Below are positions 1 to 11,868 of a DNA stretch of 60,066 bases, in pieces. The translations under genes were made by a program, and so were the position numbers. This DNA is from Octopus bimaculoides. Taxonomy: Eukaryota. Every line of letters starts with the position of its first letter. Position 1 is the first letter of the stretch. A model generated the notes under the pieces. It was not told the origin of the DNA. It searched no databases and saw only the letters and a program-made list of their open reading frames with translations. The DNA lies in NCBI RefSeq assembly GCF_001194135.2, contig NC_069004.1, positions 22,467,987 through 22,528,052 on the forward strand, in the 5' to 3' direction.

Positions 1-1765
1 CCTCAGCCCCCTCCTATTTATCATAGTCCTCCAGGCGATCACAGAAGAATTCAAGACAGGATGCTCCTGGGAGCTCCTCTATGCTAATGACCTTGCACTA
101 GTTGCTGAGTCACTATCAGAACTAGAGGAGAAGTTTCAGGTGTGGAAGCAAGGACTAGAATCAAAGGGCCTTAGAGTCAACCTAGCTAAAACCAAAGTCC
201 TATTAAGTAGGAAGGTAGACAAAACACAAACCCCTTCAGGTAGATGGCCCTGCTCGATCTGTAGAAAAGGTGTGGGTAGAAACTCTATAAGATGCACACA
301 GTGCAAGCTATGGACACATAAGAGGTGCAGCAATATCAGAGGAAAGTTAACTAGGAAGTTAGGTTTTGTATGTGGTAGGTGTTCAGGAGCAATAAACACA
401 GAAAATGTGCAGAAAACAACTTCTGCCATATTCCAGGGAGAAAAAGTAGAAGTAGTTGATAGCTTCCGCTATCTAGGTGACCAAGTTAGTAGTGGGGGGG
501 GGGGTGCACTGAAAGTGTAGCTGCTAGAATAAGAATAGCCTGGGCAAAGTTCAGAGAGCTCTTACCTCTGCTGGTGACAAAGGGCCTCTCACTCAGGGTA
601 AAAGGCAGACTGTATGATGCATGTGTACGAACAGCCATGCTACATGGCAGTGAAACATGGGCCGTGACTGCTGAGGACATGCGTAAGCTCGCAAGGAATG
701 AAGCCAGTATTCTCCGATGGATGTGTAATGTCAGTGTGCATACTTGACAGAATGTAAGTACTTTGAGAGAAAAGTTGAAACTAAGAAGCATCAGTTGTGG
801 TGTGCAAGAGAGATGATTGCGCTGGTGTGGTCATGTAGCGAGAATGGATGAGGATAGCTGTGTGAAAAAGTGCCACACCCTAGTGGTTGAGGGAACCTGT
901 GGAAGGGGCAGGCCCAGGAAGACCTGGGATGAGGTGGTGAAGCACGACCTCCGAANNNNNNNNNNCAGGAAGACCTGGGATGAGGTGGTGAAGCACGACC
1001 TCCGAACATTAGGCCTCACCGAGGCAATGGCTTCTGACCAAGACCTTTGGAAATATGCTGTGCATGAGAAAACCCGGCAAGCCAAGAGAGACCTAAATCC
1101 AAGGCCTCTGCTAGGGATGTAGCCAGCCCACTTATGCGTACCTTTCCTTTATTGGACACTAAACTCCACTTGCGAAGACCTGTTGAGGCAAGTGAAATCG
1201 AAATCAAACTAAATTCGATGACTGGCACCCATGCCAACATCGTCTCCTTCATTGGACACTAAACTCAGCTTGCGAAGACCTGTTGGGGCAAGCGAAAGCG
1301 AAATCGTGATGGCACCTGTACCAGTGGAGCGCAAAGAGCACCGTTTGAGTGTGATCGTTGCCAGAGCAGCTGCCTGGCTTCCGTGCCAGTGGCACGTAAA
1401 TAGAACCATTTGAGTGTGATCATTACCAGCGTCGCCATACTGGCACTTGTGCTGGTGGCACGTGAAAAGACATTCAAGCGAGGTCGTTGCCAGTGCAGCT
1501 GGACTGGCTCCTGTGCAGGTGGCATGTAAAATACACCATTTCGAGCGTGGCCGTTGCCAGTACTGCCTGACCGGCCTTCATGCCGGTGGCACGTAAAAGC
1601 ACCCACTACACTCTCTGAGTGGTTGGCATTAGGAAGGGCATCCAGCTGTACAAACTCTGCCAAATCAGATTGGAGCCTGGTGTAGCCATCTGGTTCACCA
1701 GTCCTCAGTCAAATTGTCCAACCCATGCTAGCATGGAAAGCAGACGTTAAACGATGATGATGATG
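1..1765 (+). mobile_element. RTE-clade LINE, 3' part (RT C-terminal half, 3' UTR with hairpin repeats, (GAT)n tail); 5' end outside the window
   Basis: The frame from nt 2 reads LSPLLFIIVLQAITEEFKTGCSWELLYANDLAL..KGLRVNLAKTKV..FRYLGD, then LYDACVRTAMLHGSETW and GRGRPRKTWDEVV, which are typical RTE ORF motifs. It ends in a GATGATGAT tail at ~1750-1765. Confidence 0.92.
2..1095 (+). pseudogene. Disrupted RTE reverse transcriptase ORF with an inserted PHD-type zinc finger (251-382)
   Basis: The catalytic motif reads YAND (80-91). A frameshift lies at the G-run near 495-505, with an in-frame stop nearby and a 10-N gap at 956-965. The insert CSIC..CTQC..H..C..CGRC has C4HC3 spacing. Confidence 0.88.
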
Positions 1766-1784
1766 ATATATATTGCATGCCTTC

Positions 1785-2030
1785 TTAATCTCGAGCAAGT
1801 CCAGGTATCTCTGCTAGCACCTTAATCTCTATAAAATCATATCTTACTGTGTATTTTCTTCTATCAGATAATGTAGCACCTCTAGAAATAAACATCAATC
1901 AAAGTAAATGCTAAAGACACTACTTGATTGTTTGATCTATTTGAAATAGCAGACAAATCTTCTTCAAATTAGACCATAATGTCTAAAGCAAGGAAGAACA
2001 TGTTGGATATCTAGAAGTCTTAGATATTTT
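1785..2030 (-). repeat. Unclassified dispersed repeat family D (core GGTGTGATTTGAGGGAGATTTGGCTGCTATTTCTAGCAGG), copy
   Basis: Reverse complement of the core also seen at ~4555-4640, 23535-23825, 24680-24870, 26445-26590, 30285-30500, 31240-31410, 37770-37975, 38180-38385, 55085-55300 and 55560-55830. Boundaries are approximate. Confidence 0.6.
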
Positions 2031-2102
2031 GCTAATAAATGGGATGGTTATTCTCAGAATGCTTTTGGTTGAACCTGTCCTCCTTGGTCTCTATTCTGTA
2101 CT

Positions 2103-2144
<42 letters not shown>

Positions 2145-2237
2145 NNNNNNNNNNGTGTGTATAATAATAACAAATAATATATATATGCATATATACATAC
2201 ATATATGTGCATACTTGTATATATATATGTATATACA

Positions 2238-2721
2238 CATGCATATATGGGCACAGGACATCACAGAACATATACAACATGAAATATGAAATACAAAAAC
2301 ACGGAATACAAACTTTCTTTCCGATCAGCTGTAGGGATAAGACACACTCTTGCCTGTCTCCTGTCAGAGCTTGTTCATACAGCATTCACCACTTCACCTC
2401 GTTTAGGCTTAGTAGACCTTCCTTTTTGTTTTCACTGTCCTGTTTTTTGTTATCAACTTTGACCCTCCGCAAAATCCCAAATTTTATTCAATTTGCTTTG
2501 TGGGAGCAACTATTTTTCTGAAGACGTATCTTGTCACGAATTGCTCGAAATATGGAGTAGAAAAACAGCCAACAACTAATGAAGGGTTATTCTTTATGTT
2601 GCATGTCTTGTTTTCCATTTTTTTCCTTTGTTGGTCACAAAAAGTTCGTATTCCATGTTTTTGTATTTCATATTTCATGTTGTTTACATTCTGTGATGTC
2701 CTGTGCTCATATGTGCATGTC
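2238..2721. mobile_element. Inverted-repeat-bounded element (about 80-bp arms) in TA/CA microsatellite; possible Penelope-like relic
   Basis: The segment 2238-2316 (GCACAGGACATCACAGAAC..GGAATACAAACTTT) is the near-exact reverse complement of 2641-2721. The interior holds a hammerhead-like motif. Confidence 0.6.
2510..2568 (+). ncRNA. Probable decayed type I hammerhead ribozyme
   Basis: CTGAAGA (2518-2524), GAAA (2547-2550) and GTA (2557-2559) are framed by CTATTTTTC and GAAAAACAG (8/9 complementary). Stems II and III are degenerate. Confidence 0.4.
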
Positions 2722-3058
2722 TATATACATATATATGTATGTACATAAATGTATGCATATATNNNNNNNNNNNNNNNNNNNNNNNNNNNNNNNNNNNNNN
2801 NNNNNNNNNNNNNNNNNNNNNNNNNNNNNNNNNNNNNNNNNNNNNNNNNNNNNNNNNNNNNNNNNNNNNNNNNNNNNNNNNNNNNNNNNNNNNNNNNNNN
2901 NNNNNNNNNNNNNNNNNNNNNNNNNNNNNNNNNNNNNNNNNNNNNNNNNNNNNNNNNNNNNNNNNNNNNNNNNNNNNNNNNNNNNNNNNNNNNNNNNNNN
3001 NNNNNNNNNNNNNNNNNNNNNNNNNNNNNNNNNNNNNNNNNNNNNNNNNNNNNNNNNN

Positions 3059-3129
<71 letters not shown>

Positions 3130-5359
3130 TATATTATATGATTGAACGCCACACATCCATTTCCAAGTAAGTTTTATCTATCTATCTATCTATCTATTTA
3201 AAACGGCATGCACAAATGCACAGTCTTTAAAACTCATTGCATATATAAACATACATACACATGTGTAGACATACATAGTTATACATTCATGAATTTTTAG
3301 GTGCAGGTGCACACACAGACACACATTTAAGCAACCACACATGATTAAATATCAAAATGCATGTGAGTACGTGCGCACAATCACACAACACACACACGAT
3401 CACTTGCTTTTTTAAGCAATTTTTCATATGTAATCCAAATGAACATTTATACACACGTATATTCCACATGGTTTTAAGGAACCACAGAAACTTAAGTGCG
3501 TTCAAATACATACATATAAACACCTATATATACTTATAGTGCAAACCAATGCATATACATTTGATTGCATGAAAACAGCAAATTAAGCTCAAACACATGT
3601 TCACATAAAGTATTTGTATAAATACACATGTCCACACACACACGTCTCTGTACACATTGTAGTTTAAAGTGTACAGGTAGAGATGAGGAAGAAAGGGTTA
3701 AAAACAAGAGAGAGAAAAATGTTGCCATTTACTTTTTCTAAAAGTTAAAATATCTTAGTGATGAGAATCCTTGTAAATTTACCTTTTATAAACATTCATC
3801 CAGCTACTTCTATAACTGAAATTTGAAATATGTCTTAGGGGCTGGTGGCGGTAATACTGGTGGCAGTAGTAGCGGAGGGGTAATTTAGTCATTTCAACCT
3901 ACAACAGCAAGAAAAATGAGGAATGAAAATGAAAGCAAATTTTAGAAAATGTAGCTATGTGGCAAATGCCTTGCAAGAGGAGAATTCCTCATTTGTTTTT
4001 CTTTTAAATTTTTTTGTCTATCTCCTATTTCCATCTCTCTTCTTCTTTTCTACTTTTTCTTTTAAAATGCAGGAAACTTTATGAAAGATCATCCTTCACT
4101 TTTTATGAAGTAAAGAAAGAAATATTTTCAAGTGTGGATTAATATTTGTTTCCATATCACTAAAGACTGGTCCTTTGGGTTCACTTGTACTACATTCCTT
4201 GAATAATATTTAAGAATTCCCTCTAGAATCAGTTTAATTTGATGAAATTGGGTTTAGCTGGAAAAAGATTACATCACAAGAATGATATGTAAACTATGTC
4301 AATCAAGCAACCTATTTAACTCTGTGTGTATGAGTTTGTCCTCCTCATCATTTTCATTTTTTTTATGTCCTCTTTTGATAGTTGGACAGGTCTTCAAGGT
4401 CTGAGCAATTTTTTTATTTGAACCCACTGCTCTCAAACTGTTGGACATTATGCCATGTGGTTTCTACAGCTGGATGTTCTTTCTAGCGCCAACCACTTTA
4501 CCTCGTGTACTAAAAGCATTTTCTCGCACACACACACACACACACACACACATTAATTTGGGAACATCTATATGGTAGTTTGACCTGCTAGAAATAGAAG
4601 ATAGATCACCCTCAAATCACTTAATGCTGCCCAAGATGCACCCTGCTTGAATGATAACAGAAAAGTCATGACTGGAACATATTTCATCACAGGTCAACTC
4701 CATAAGATTGACCTGGAGGTAAATAACAATAACCTATACATATATCATCATCTGCAACAGCATTTCATGTCTACCATTCCGTGCTACCATGGATTGGAAG
4801 GTCATAATGTTTCCCCATTTGTTGTTATATTATTTAAGTATGTTTTTTTTTATAGCTTCATGTCCTTTTTATTACTAATATCATATCACATGTAGCTTTG
4901 ATGATGAACAAGTAATGGTGGATTAAGAGATGTTATCTGCAGAGGCATTGAAGGGTGAAACTATTAGTAGTGGTGTACATTAAAGGAATATCCATGAGAA
5001 GTCAATGTCAGGGGACTAACACAGGATGCAAATGGTACTGACAGAGCACTGCTGTTTGTTATATCCAAAGGTATGCTTATCTACTGCTAGCTGAAAATCC
5101 ATTTTGGACAAATACTCAAGGATACAGCTGCTACTGGTGTGATTTTTGACAAAATTGTCTTTTGCTACAAAAAATAAAAACAAAATGAGGATTAGACTAG
5201 GTAATTGTCTGAGGGCCTATGGTAGAAATGCTATCAAATCTGTTATGCAATGAGAAAGTGATTATGCTCAGGATTGAGTAGACTACCATACACCTAAATG
5301 GTGTATGTCTGTGCACACACACACACACACACATGTACATGTGTGTAATACATATATAT

Positions 5360-5472
<113 letters not shown>

Positions 5473-5501
5473 TTGAAATGTATAGTATTATATATCCATT
5501 A

Positions 5502-5711
5502 CAACTGATCTTACAATCAGTTTCGTATTAGGGGTTCAATGAAGTGTTAGGTAACAGTCCAAATATGTAACCCTGTGCTCTTCAGAGATGGCAGGGTAAC
5601 CACATTTCATTCCATAACTGCCATGTCTGAAAAGTGCAGGGTTACATATTGAACTGTTACTCAATACTCTGTTGAACCCCTAGTGCAAAAATTGATCAGT
5701 AAGATTGACTG
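5502..5711. mobile_element. Fold-back MITE (Tc1/mariner-type, TA target)
   Basis: Arms of about 92 bp (5502-~5594 and ~5618-5711) are roughly 80% complementary around a 23-nt spacer. TA flanks lie at 5500-5501 and 5712-5713, and the right end is ..GACTG. Confidence 0.75.
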
Positions 5712-6049
5712 TAATCTTCTAATATAATAAAACACTTAGTGTGTTCCTGTTGGTCACGCTGTAGGGAAAGAATAGTAAAACAACAGTTGAAGTGGGAGTG
5801 TGTGGCAGTGTGAGATGCTAGTGCAGTTGGATGACATTTAAAAGATTTGCTCCCAAAACACTAGGGAAAGAAGAGTAAAACAGCAAACGGAATGGCATGG
5901 TCAGAGGCAGCTTAACTGCAGGCGAACTGTAGTCAGCAGTATTTAAATGAGCTTGACTTATATCTTGTGAGACAGAAACTGTGCTGAAGCCTATTTTGTA
6001 TACCATATTTTGGTGATAGGCTAAAAACCAGTACATTCAAACATGAATA

Positions 6050-6936
6050 TGAAGTGGTATCAAAAAGTTCCTGGACTAGTTATGTTTAACAAAAGAAGTA
6101 ACTTATTTACCTAAGTTATTTACATCATCTCCTTTGAAATAGTCACCTCATGAAGCAATACACTGGTTCCATCATTCCTGCCACTTTTGGAATCCAGCCT
6201 GGAAGTCATTTTCCGTAAGTGAGTCGAGGACCTTTTGCGATTCACTCTTGATCTCGACAACAGTTTTAAAATGGTGACCTTTGAGCTGCATTTTCATCTT
6301 GGGGAAGGGATGGAAGTCTGCAGGTGCTAAATCTGGAAAATAGGGTGGGTGTGGATGTGCTACCATGTTGTTTCTGGATAGAAACTCATGAGTGAGGAGA
6401 ACTTGGTGACAGAGTGCATTGTCTGTCATCTTGAAGAATCCAGTTCTTTGCGCTCCACAAATCCAGTTGCTTTCACTGAATGTCTTCCTTCAAACACTTC
6501 AAAATCTCGTTGATTATCCTCCGACAATCACCATGCACAAGCTGATGAATTTTCTCCACATTTCAAGGGGTGACACTTGTGGCAGGTCTTCCAGATCACT
6601 CATTGTCTTCAAGGGACATTCTTTTGCTTTTGAAGTGCCTGTGCCACTGGAAACATTGCATACAACCCATTGCCTCATTGCTGTATGTTTGCAGAAGCAT
6701 GCTCAATGTCTCTGTAGAAGACTTGCCAAGTTTAATGCAAAATTTCACGTTGGCTCTTTGTTCCAACTTCTTGTCCATGACAGAAATCGCAGACTACAGC
6801 ATACACGTGATCCGAAAAACACAAATTTTACATCTTGTGAAGTAAATACAGCATTTCACTCAGCACACTGCCTCTTGAAGAAGGTCACTGTTAGCGCACT
6901 ACAGAACTAATCTGGGAACTTTTTGATACCACCTCG
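6050..6936 (-). mobile_element. Internally deleted mariner (irritans/Himar1-Hsmar2-like) with both TIRs
   Basis: The ~32-bp TIRs read TGAAGTGGTATCAAAAAGTTCCTGGACTAGTT and ..AACTTTTTGATACCACCTCG, with TA flanks. Transposase pieces are EQRANVKFCIKLGKS (HTH) and HPPYFPDLAPADF (YSPDL-like). The central part is missing (887 bp). Confidence 0.9.
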
Positions 6937-7197
6937 TAATACCCCATAATACCTATGGGAATGTTTTTGCATTTTAAATGCAAATACTAGTCAACAGATT
7001 GATCTTAAATCGTTAGAGGTGGTGCCTAGCATTGCCACAGTTCAATAAATGGAATCAGAAAAATGATAGTGACACTCATTTACAACTTTCATGCAATATA
7101 AAGGCAAGGAGGTAACACACACACTTACATCTCTGTCTGTCTCTTTCTCACTTCTTCTCTCCCCCCCCCACACTCTATATATATATTTGGGATTGTT

Positions 7198-7345
7198 TCA
7201 GTTTCTTTCTACCAAATTCACTCACAAGGCTTTGGTTGGCCTGAAGCTATCATAGAAGACACTTGCCCAAAGTGTCATTCTTTGAGACTGAATTTGAGAC
7301 CACATGGTTAGGAAATAAGCTTCTTAATCACTCAACCATGCCTGC
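7198..7345 (-). mobile_element. SINE family A (tRNA head + CORE-like block), 5' half
   Basis: Reverse complement of the family A head and the CTTTGGGCAAGTGTCTTCTA block. Confidence 0.75.
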
Positions 7346-8181
7346 TTATATAAAAAGATGGGATGGTCATGGGGGAGAGTCTTGTATCGTAGGTCTACCA
7401 GTCAACTGTCATAGGATTACGACACAAGAAAAGATTTTAAAAATTGTTATTCTTTTCTTTCTCCTGATTTACATCTAGTTTACAATTGTGTGACTATTTC
7501 AAGATAATTAGGTAATTAAATACAACAATCTAAAGATTATATAAATCTCATGAAAAAGAATTGTCGACAAACAGAAATGGCTAATGGAAGAGAAATATTG
7601 CTGATGATTCAGTTAAAAACTGTAGAATGGCAATTGTGAACAATGGTGATGACAATAATGATGATGATGATGGTGGTGGTGGTGGTTGGTGCTTATGGTA
7701 ATACTGATGATGAAGAGGAGGAGAATTGAAAACATATTCTATTTTAATCCTCCATCTCAAGAATAAATTTGTATCTGCTGAATATAAATTAAAATTTGAA
7801 TTTTGAATTTCAAATTAAAGAAGAACTGCTGTTAATTTAACTCTGATTTCTTTATTTGATGCAACTTAATGATTTAGTTGTCTTTGGTTGTTTTCATAAC
7901 AAGATTGATATTCATTCTACAGATGGAATGTTAAATTCTAGGTCAATCTCTATTTTCTTCCTATTTAAGAAGAAATGTCAGTTTAGCCTTTTTGGGAATG
8001 TACTTGAACTTATTTTGGTGGTGGAGGCGGTTTTGGTGATTATGGTGGTGGTAGTATAAGTAGTGGTGGAGTAGTAGTGATGGTTTTGAATGTAGTGGTG
8101 GTAGTGGTATTTGGGGAATTGTAATGATATTAGTGGGGTGATGATATTGGTATAGGTGGTGGTGGCGGTGTGGTAGTATTA

Positions 8182-8573
8182 TCTTTTATCTGTTTCAGTC
8201 ATTAGACTGTGACCATGCTGGGGCATCGCCTTGAATTATTTTCAGTTGAATGAATTGACCCCAGTACTTATTATTTTTTGAAGCCTGGTACTTATTCTAT
8301 TGGTGTCTTTTGCTGAACCACTAAGTTACAGGGATGTAAACACACCAACACCAGTTGTCAACTAGTGGTAAGGGACAAACACACACACACATGCATGCAC
8401 GCACACATATGTGATGGACTTCTTTCAGTTTTTGTCTACCAAATCCACTCACAAGACTTTGGTCAGTCTGTGGCTATAGTAGAAGACACTTGCCCACACT
8501 GCGGCGCAATGGGACTGAACTCAGGACCATGTGGTGGGGAAGCAAGCTTCTTACCACACAGCTATACCTGTGC
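8182..8573 (-). mobile_element. SINE family A, near full length, with internal (CA)n
   Basis: It has a tRNA-like head, ..GGGCAAGTGTCTTCTACTATAGCC, a central microsatellite and a 3' domain ending AATGACTGAAACAGATAAAAGA. Confidence 0.85.
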
Positions 8574-8809
8574 CTATTGGTTTTGTTGGTGATATTTGTA
8601 GTGGTGATATTACTGGTATTACTGGCAATAGTGACGTTGGTACTGGTGGGATCAAGTAGTGGCAGCAATGATAGTGAAAGCAGTAGTGGTGGTGTTATTG
8701 AGAAGAATTTGTGGTGTTGGTGGAGGTTGTAGTAAAGGCAGAAAGAACATAAATTTGCAAGCATGGGTTTAGGTCCTAATCTGAGATTATGATAGATGTC
8801 TTTATTTTC

Positions 8810-9042
8810 AGTGGTTCACTACCAGGGTCCATATAAGGTTTTGTTTTTAAAATTTATATGCAATAAATTGTTTATACATTTACAATACACAGAATATTTT
8901 AATTTTTTTATACAATGCATAATAATATTTAATTATAGAAATACAGTAGGATTTTAAAAATATATACTGAATGGCTATGGAGGTGCAGTAGAGTAAAATA
9001 GGAATGAAAGGGGTCCATAGATAAAACATGGTTGAGAGCCTG
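8810..9042. mobile_element. hAT/Charlie-like MITE remnant
   Basis: Termini CAGTGGTTCACTACC and GGTTGAGAGCCTG resemble CAGTGGTTCTCAAC-type TIRs. The subterminal GGGTCCAT is repeated. Confidence 0.45.
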
Positions 9043-9199
9043 GTTGTTGTTTAAATCCTCTCCAACCCTAGTTTAGTAGGCTGAGTCACAGTTGTCCCAG
9101 CTAGAGTGGGGGAATTTATCTTTTTTTTCTTTTTCTTCCAAGCACATCTTACTGAGGACTACCAATGTACCATAATTTTGATATAGTAGGATATGTTAA

Positions 9200-9425
9200 T
9201 GCAGCAAGTTAGCAGAATTGTGGCATATCAGACAGAATGTTTTGTGGCATTTCTTCCAACTCATTCTGAGTTCAAATTCCACTGAAGTTGATTTTGCCTT
9301 TCATCTTTTGGGGATTGATTAAAAAAACACCAGTTGAACACTGTTACTTCTAAATGTGAACAACTTAATGTGACTGACTTCCTTCTCCCCTCAAAACTGC
9401 TGGTCTTGAACCAAAATTAGAAAAA
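9200..9425 (+). mobile_element. SINE family B (tRNA head + Deu/Nin-like block)
   Basis: Contains TTCTGAGTTCAAATTCC..GCCTTTCATCTTTTGGGGATTGAT, shared with copies at 16051, 23963, 53877 and 56123. Confidence 0.75.
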
Positions 9426-10764
9426 ATATAGTAGGTTAGAATTTGAACAGAGATTTGATTGCTATTTCTACTGGTTAAGTGTGTATAGACTCCTTCATAT
9501 ATTCCTGTAGTGTATTCTTGAGATAATACAATAACAGACTACTAGCTGAGGGTGTAAATCCTTATCTTCCATTCTTCAGTCCCTGGTAGAGATTTGGTTA
9601 TAAAGGAAGTATATACAAACACAACACAATGGCTCAAGTTTATTATTGTATTCAATACAGAGACTTGTTTGTACTGGGTTTTAGAAATAGCCAACATAAT
9701 AAATCTATTCTAACAGTCCATACAAATGAAACAAAGAAGCCTTTATGTGGTTGCCTGATTTGCTAGAAATAGCAGCCAGATTACATTCTTCTGTTTTAAT
9801 GCTTTGCCATATTTTTCACAAAACTCTCTGTCAATATATATTGGTTAATTTGAAAATATCACTAAGATTTTTAGATATAAATATACAATGGGGCACATAT
9901 ATACAAATTGTTCCCTAAATGGACAAATTAAGTAACAAGTGTTTTTCTAAAAAAAAATTAAATTCTCATAACAAGCTGAAATTTGATCAATGTACCTCGA
10001 GATTAAGTTTCTCAAAGAGCTATATCTATGCCTCACATTTCTATTTCCAGTCAAAAATCATTCCACTTATGTTGTTATTAACCTTGATTTGGAAAGGCAT
10101 GAGTATGACATTGATTCATGTTTTCTTTATAAATCTGAATCTTTATGACAAATCGAAAAGGAATCAGTATATTTTTTATGTCATTCAAAACATTATCTAA
10201 AGCTTTCAGATTGTAATTATTCAACCGTTTGTATATAATGATGATAGTGTTCTTGTATTCAATCATTTTGATTGATAGGTAGATTTGAAATATAAATTTG
10301 AGTCTTGTATGGTGTTTCATAGTCAAAATCCCTTTCATCTGAAATTCCTATAGGGTAGATTATCTCATGTATTGCAAGTAGAACTGATTGAATCTACAGC
10401 TGAACTCTTTGATATTCCAAACTCAGGTAGTATTGATCAAGATAGTGATACTACATGAAATCTGAACAAGATTGATCTGAAGATTAAAAGGAAAAACTGC
10501 TAAAACTCACTATGTATTGAAGGACCTTCTTTCTGTTTTCAACGTAGCATCTTTATTTGAACATAAAAGAATTTGTTTTTGTTCAAGGTACATATTTTGA
10601 GGAAACCTCCCTCAAAATTACATTCATTTTGACATGTACAATATTTCAACTTAGTCTTTAGTTTTCTTTAGCTGGAGAGATAAGTATGAATGAAGTCTAT
10701 AAAATTATTGAGACTAGCACAGCTAGAGTGGAATAAATCTAGAGCCTTTCTCCTTCTATTATCC

Positions 10765-11090
10765 ATCCATCTCCTCCACCTGCTATTCCTTGGGATGGTC
10801 ATGGCAGTAGAGTCATCAGGTCCTCCATAGGACCCTTTCAGAAGCAACTGTCATTACACATTCTAGCTGGATTCCTAAGTGTGACCAACTGAGGCCATGA
10901 GTATTATCCGACCATCTTATTCTTGGTCTACCTCTAGGTCTCCTGCCAGTTGGCTTGGTTTGAAGAATCTATCTTGTGATTTTTTTCCTGCTACATTCTC
11001 ATCACATATTCATAATGTTGGAGCTGTGACCTCTCAATGCAGAGACATACAGCTGCCTCAACCTGGAGAGTTCCTGATCTGCTCTAAATC
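10765..11090 (-). mobile_element. RTE (Expander-like) LINE 3' fragment
   Basis: The minus strand translates as ILQTKPTGRRPRGRPRIRWSDNTHGLSWSHLGIQ..VASERVLWR with stops, the typical RTE ORF C-terminus. Confidence 0.75.
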
Positions 11091-11149
11091 CATTTATACC
11101 TATGATGTACAGTGAGATAAAACAACTTCATTTTTATTAATTGACTGAT

Positions 11150-11272
11150 ATCATCATCATCATCATCATCATCCATTTTCCATGCTGGCATGGATTGGGC
11201 AGTCTGACCAGAGCTGGCAAGCAGGAGAGCTGCACCAAGTTCCAGTCTGATTTGGCTTGGTTTCTATGGCTA
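11150..11272 (-). mobile_element. RTE 3' UTR tail fragment
   Basis: Reverse complement of AAATCAGACTGGAAC..CCCATGCCAGCATGGA..(GAT)n, as at 1660-1765. Confidence 0.7.
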
Positions 11273-11467
11273 GGGAGCGATTTGAGAGACATTTAGATAC
11301 TATTTCTTGTCAAATGAATGGCTTCATAGAAGCTCCCTTCTTAGCTTGTTTGAGTGGGCAGGCAGTGTGAGTGAGTGATTGGAGGAAAAGTTATGGTTGA
11401 GGAGTTGGTAAACATAGAATCAATGTTGCAAGTGAGTTGTGTTGGTGCTGAGAGTTGAGAAAATCAA

Positions 11468-11629
11468 AGCAGGTGTAGTAGGCATGTGGTTAAGAATTCC
11501 ACATTGGAATTGGCTGATTGTGTGTTCAGTCCCACTGCATGGCACCTTAAGCAAGTATCTTCTGTTATAGTCTTGGGCTGACCAAGCCCTGTGAGTAGAT
11601 TTGGTAGACAGAAACTGAAAGAAGCCTGT

Positions 11630-11664
<35 letters not shown>

Positions 11665-11868
11665 TTGTTTCTTTGTGTCTGTGTTTGTCCCCCACCACAG
11701 CTTGATAACTGATGTTGGTGTATTTATGTCCCCATAACTTAGCAGTTCAGTAAAATGAACTGATAGAATAAGTACTAGGCTTTAAAATAAGTCTTAAGGT
11801 CGATTTTTTTGGACTAAATATTCTTCAAGGCAGTGTCCCAGCATGGCGTAGCCAAATGACTTAAACAA
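11468..11868 (+). mobile_element. SINE family A, full length
   Basis: Runs from the head through GGCACCTTAAGCAAGTATCTTC, (TA)n(TG)n and GATAGAATAAGTACTAGG to the end CAGCATGGC..AAATGACTTAAAC. Confidence 0.85.

Noticed and set aside
915-1006. Direct duplication of ~40 bp around the 10-N gap
   Set aside because: The identical sequence flanks a gap, so it is most likely an unmerged contig overlap.
1320-1605. Repeat-spacer-like array resembling CRISPR
   Set aside because: The spacers are homologous to each other, the array is part of an RTE 3' UTR, there are no cas genes and the context is eukaryotic.
2029-3170. ORFs rich in YI/HT/CV/X repeats (also 16534-18271, 35545-36287 and 57301-58327)
   Set aside because: These are translations of (TA)n/(CA)n microsatellites and N-gaps, not genes.
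7597-7635. CTGATGA motifs at 7601, 21913 and 53224
   Set aside because: There is no correctly placed GAAA/UH or helix III, so these are chance core matches.
10078-10540. Several possible exon frames on both strands
   Set aside because: The frames conflict in phase, the implied introns are too short and no homology is recognised.
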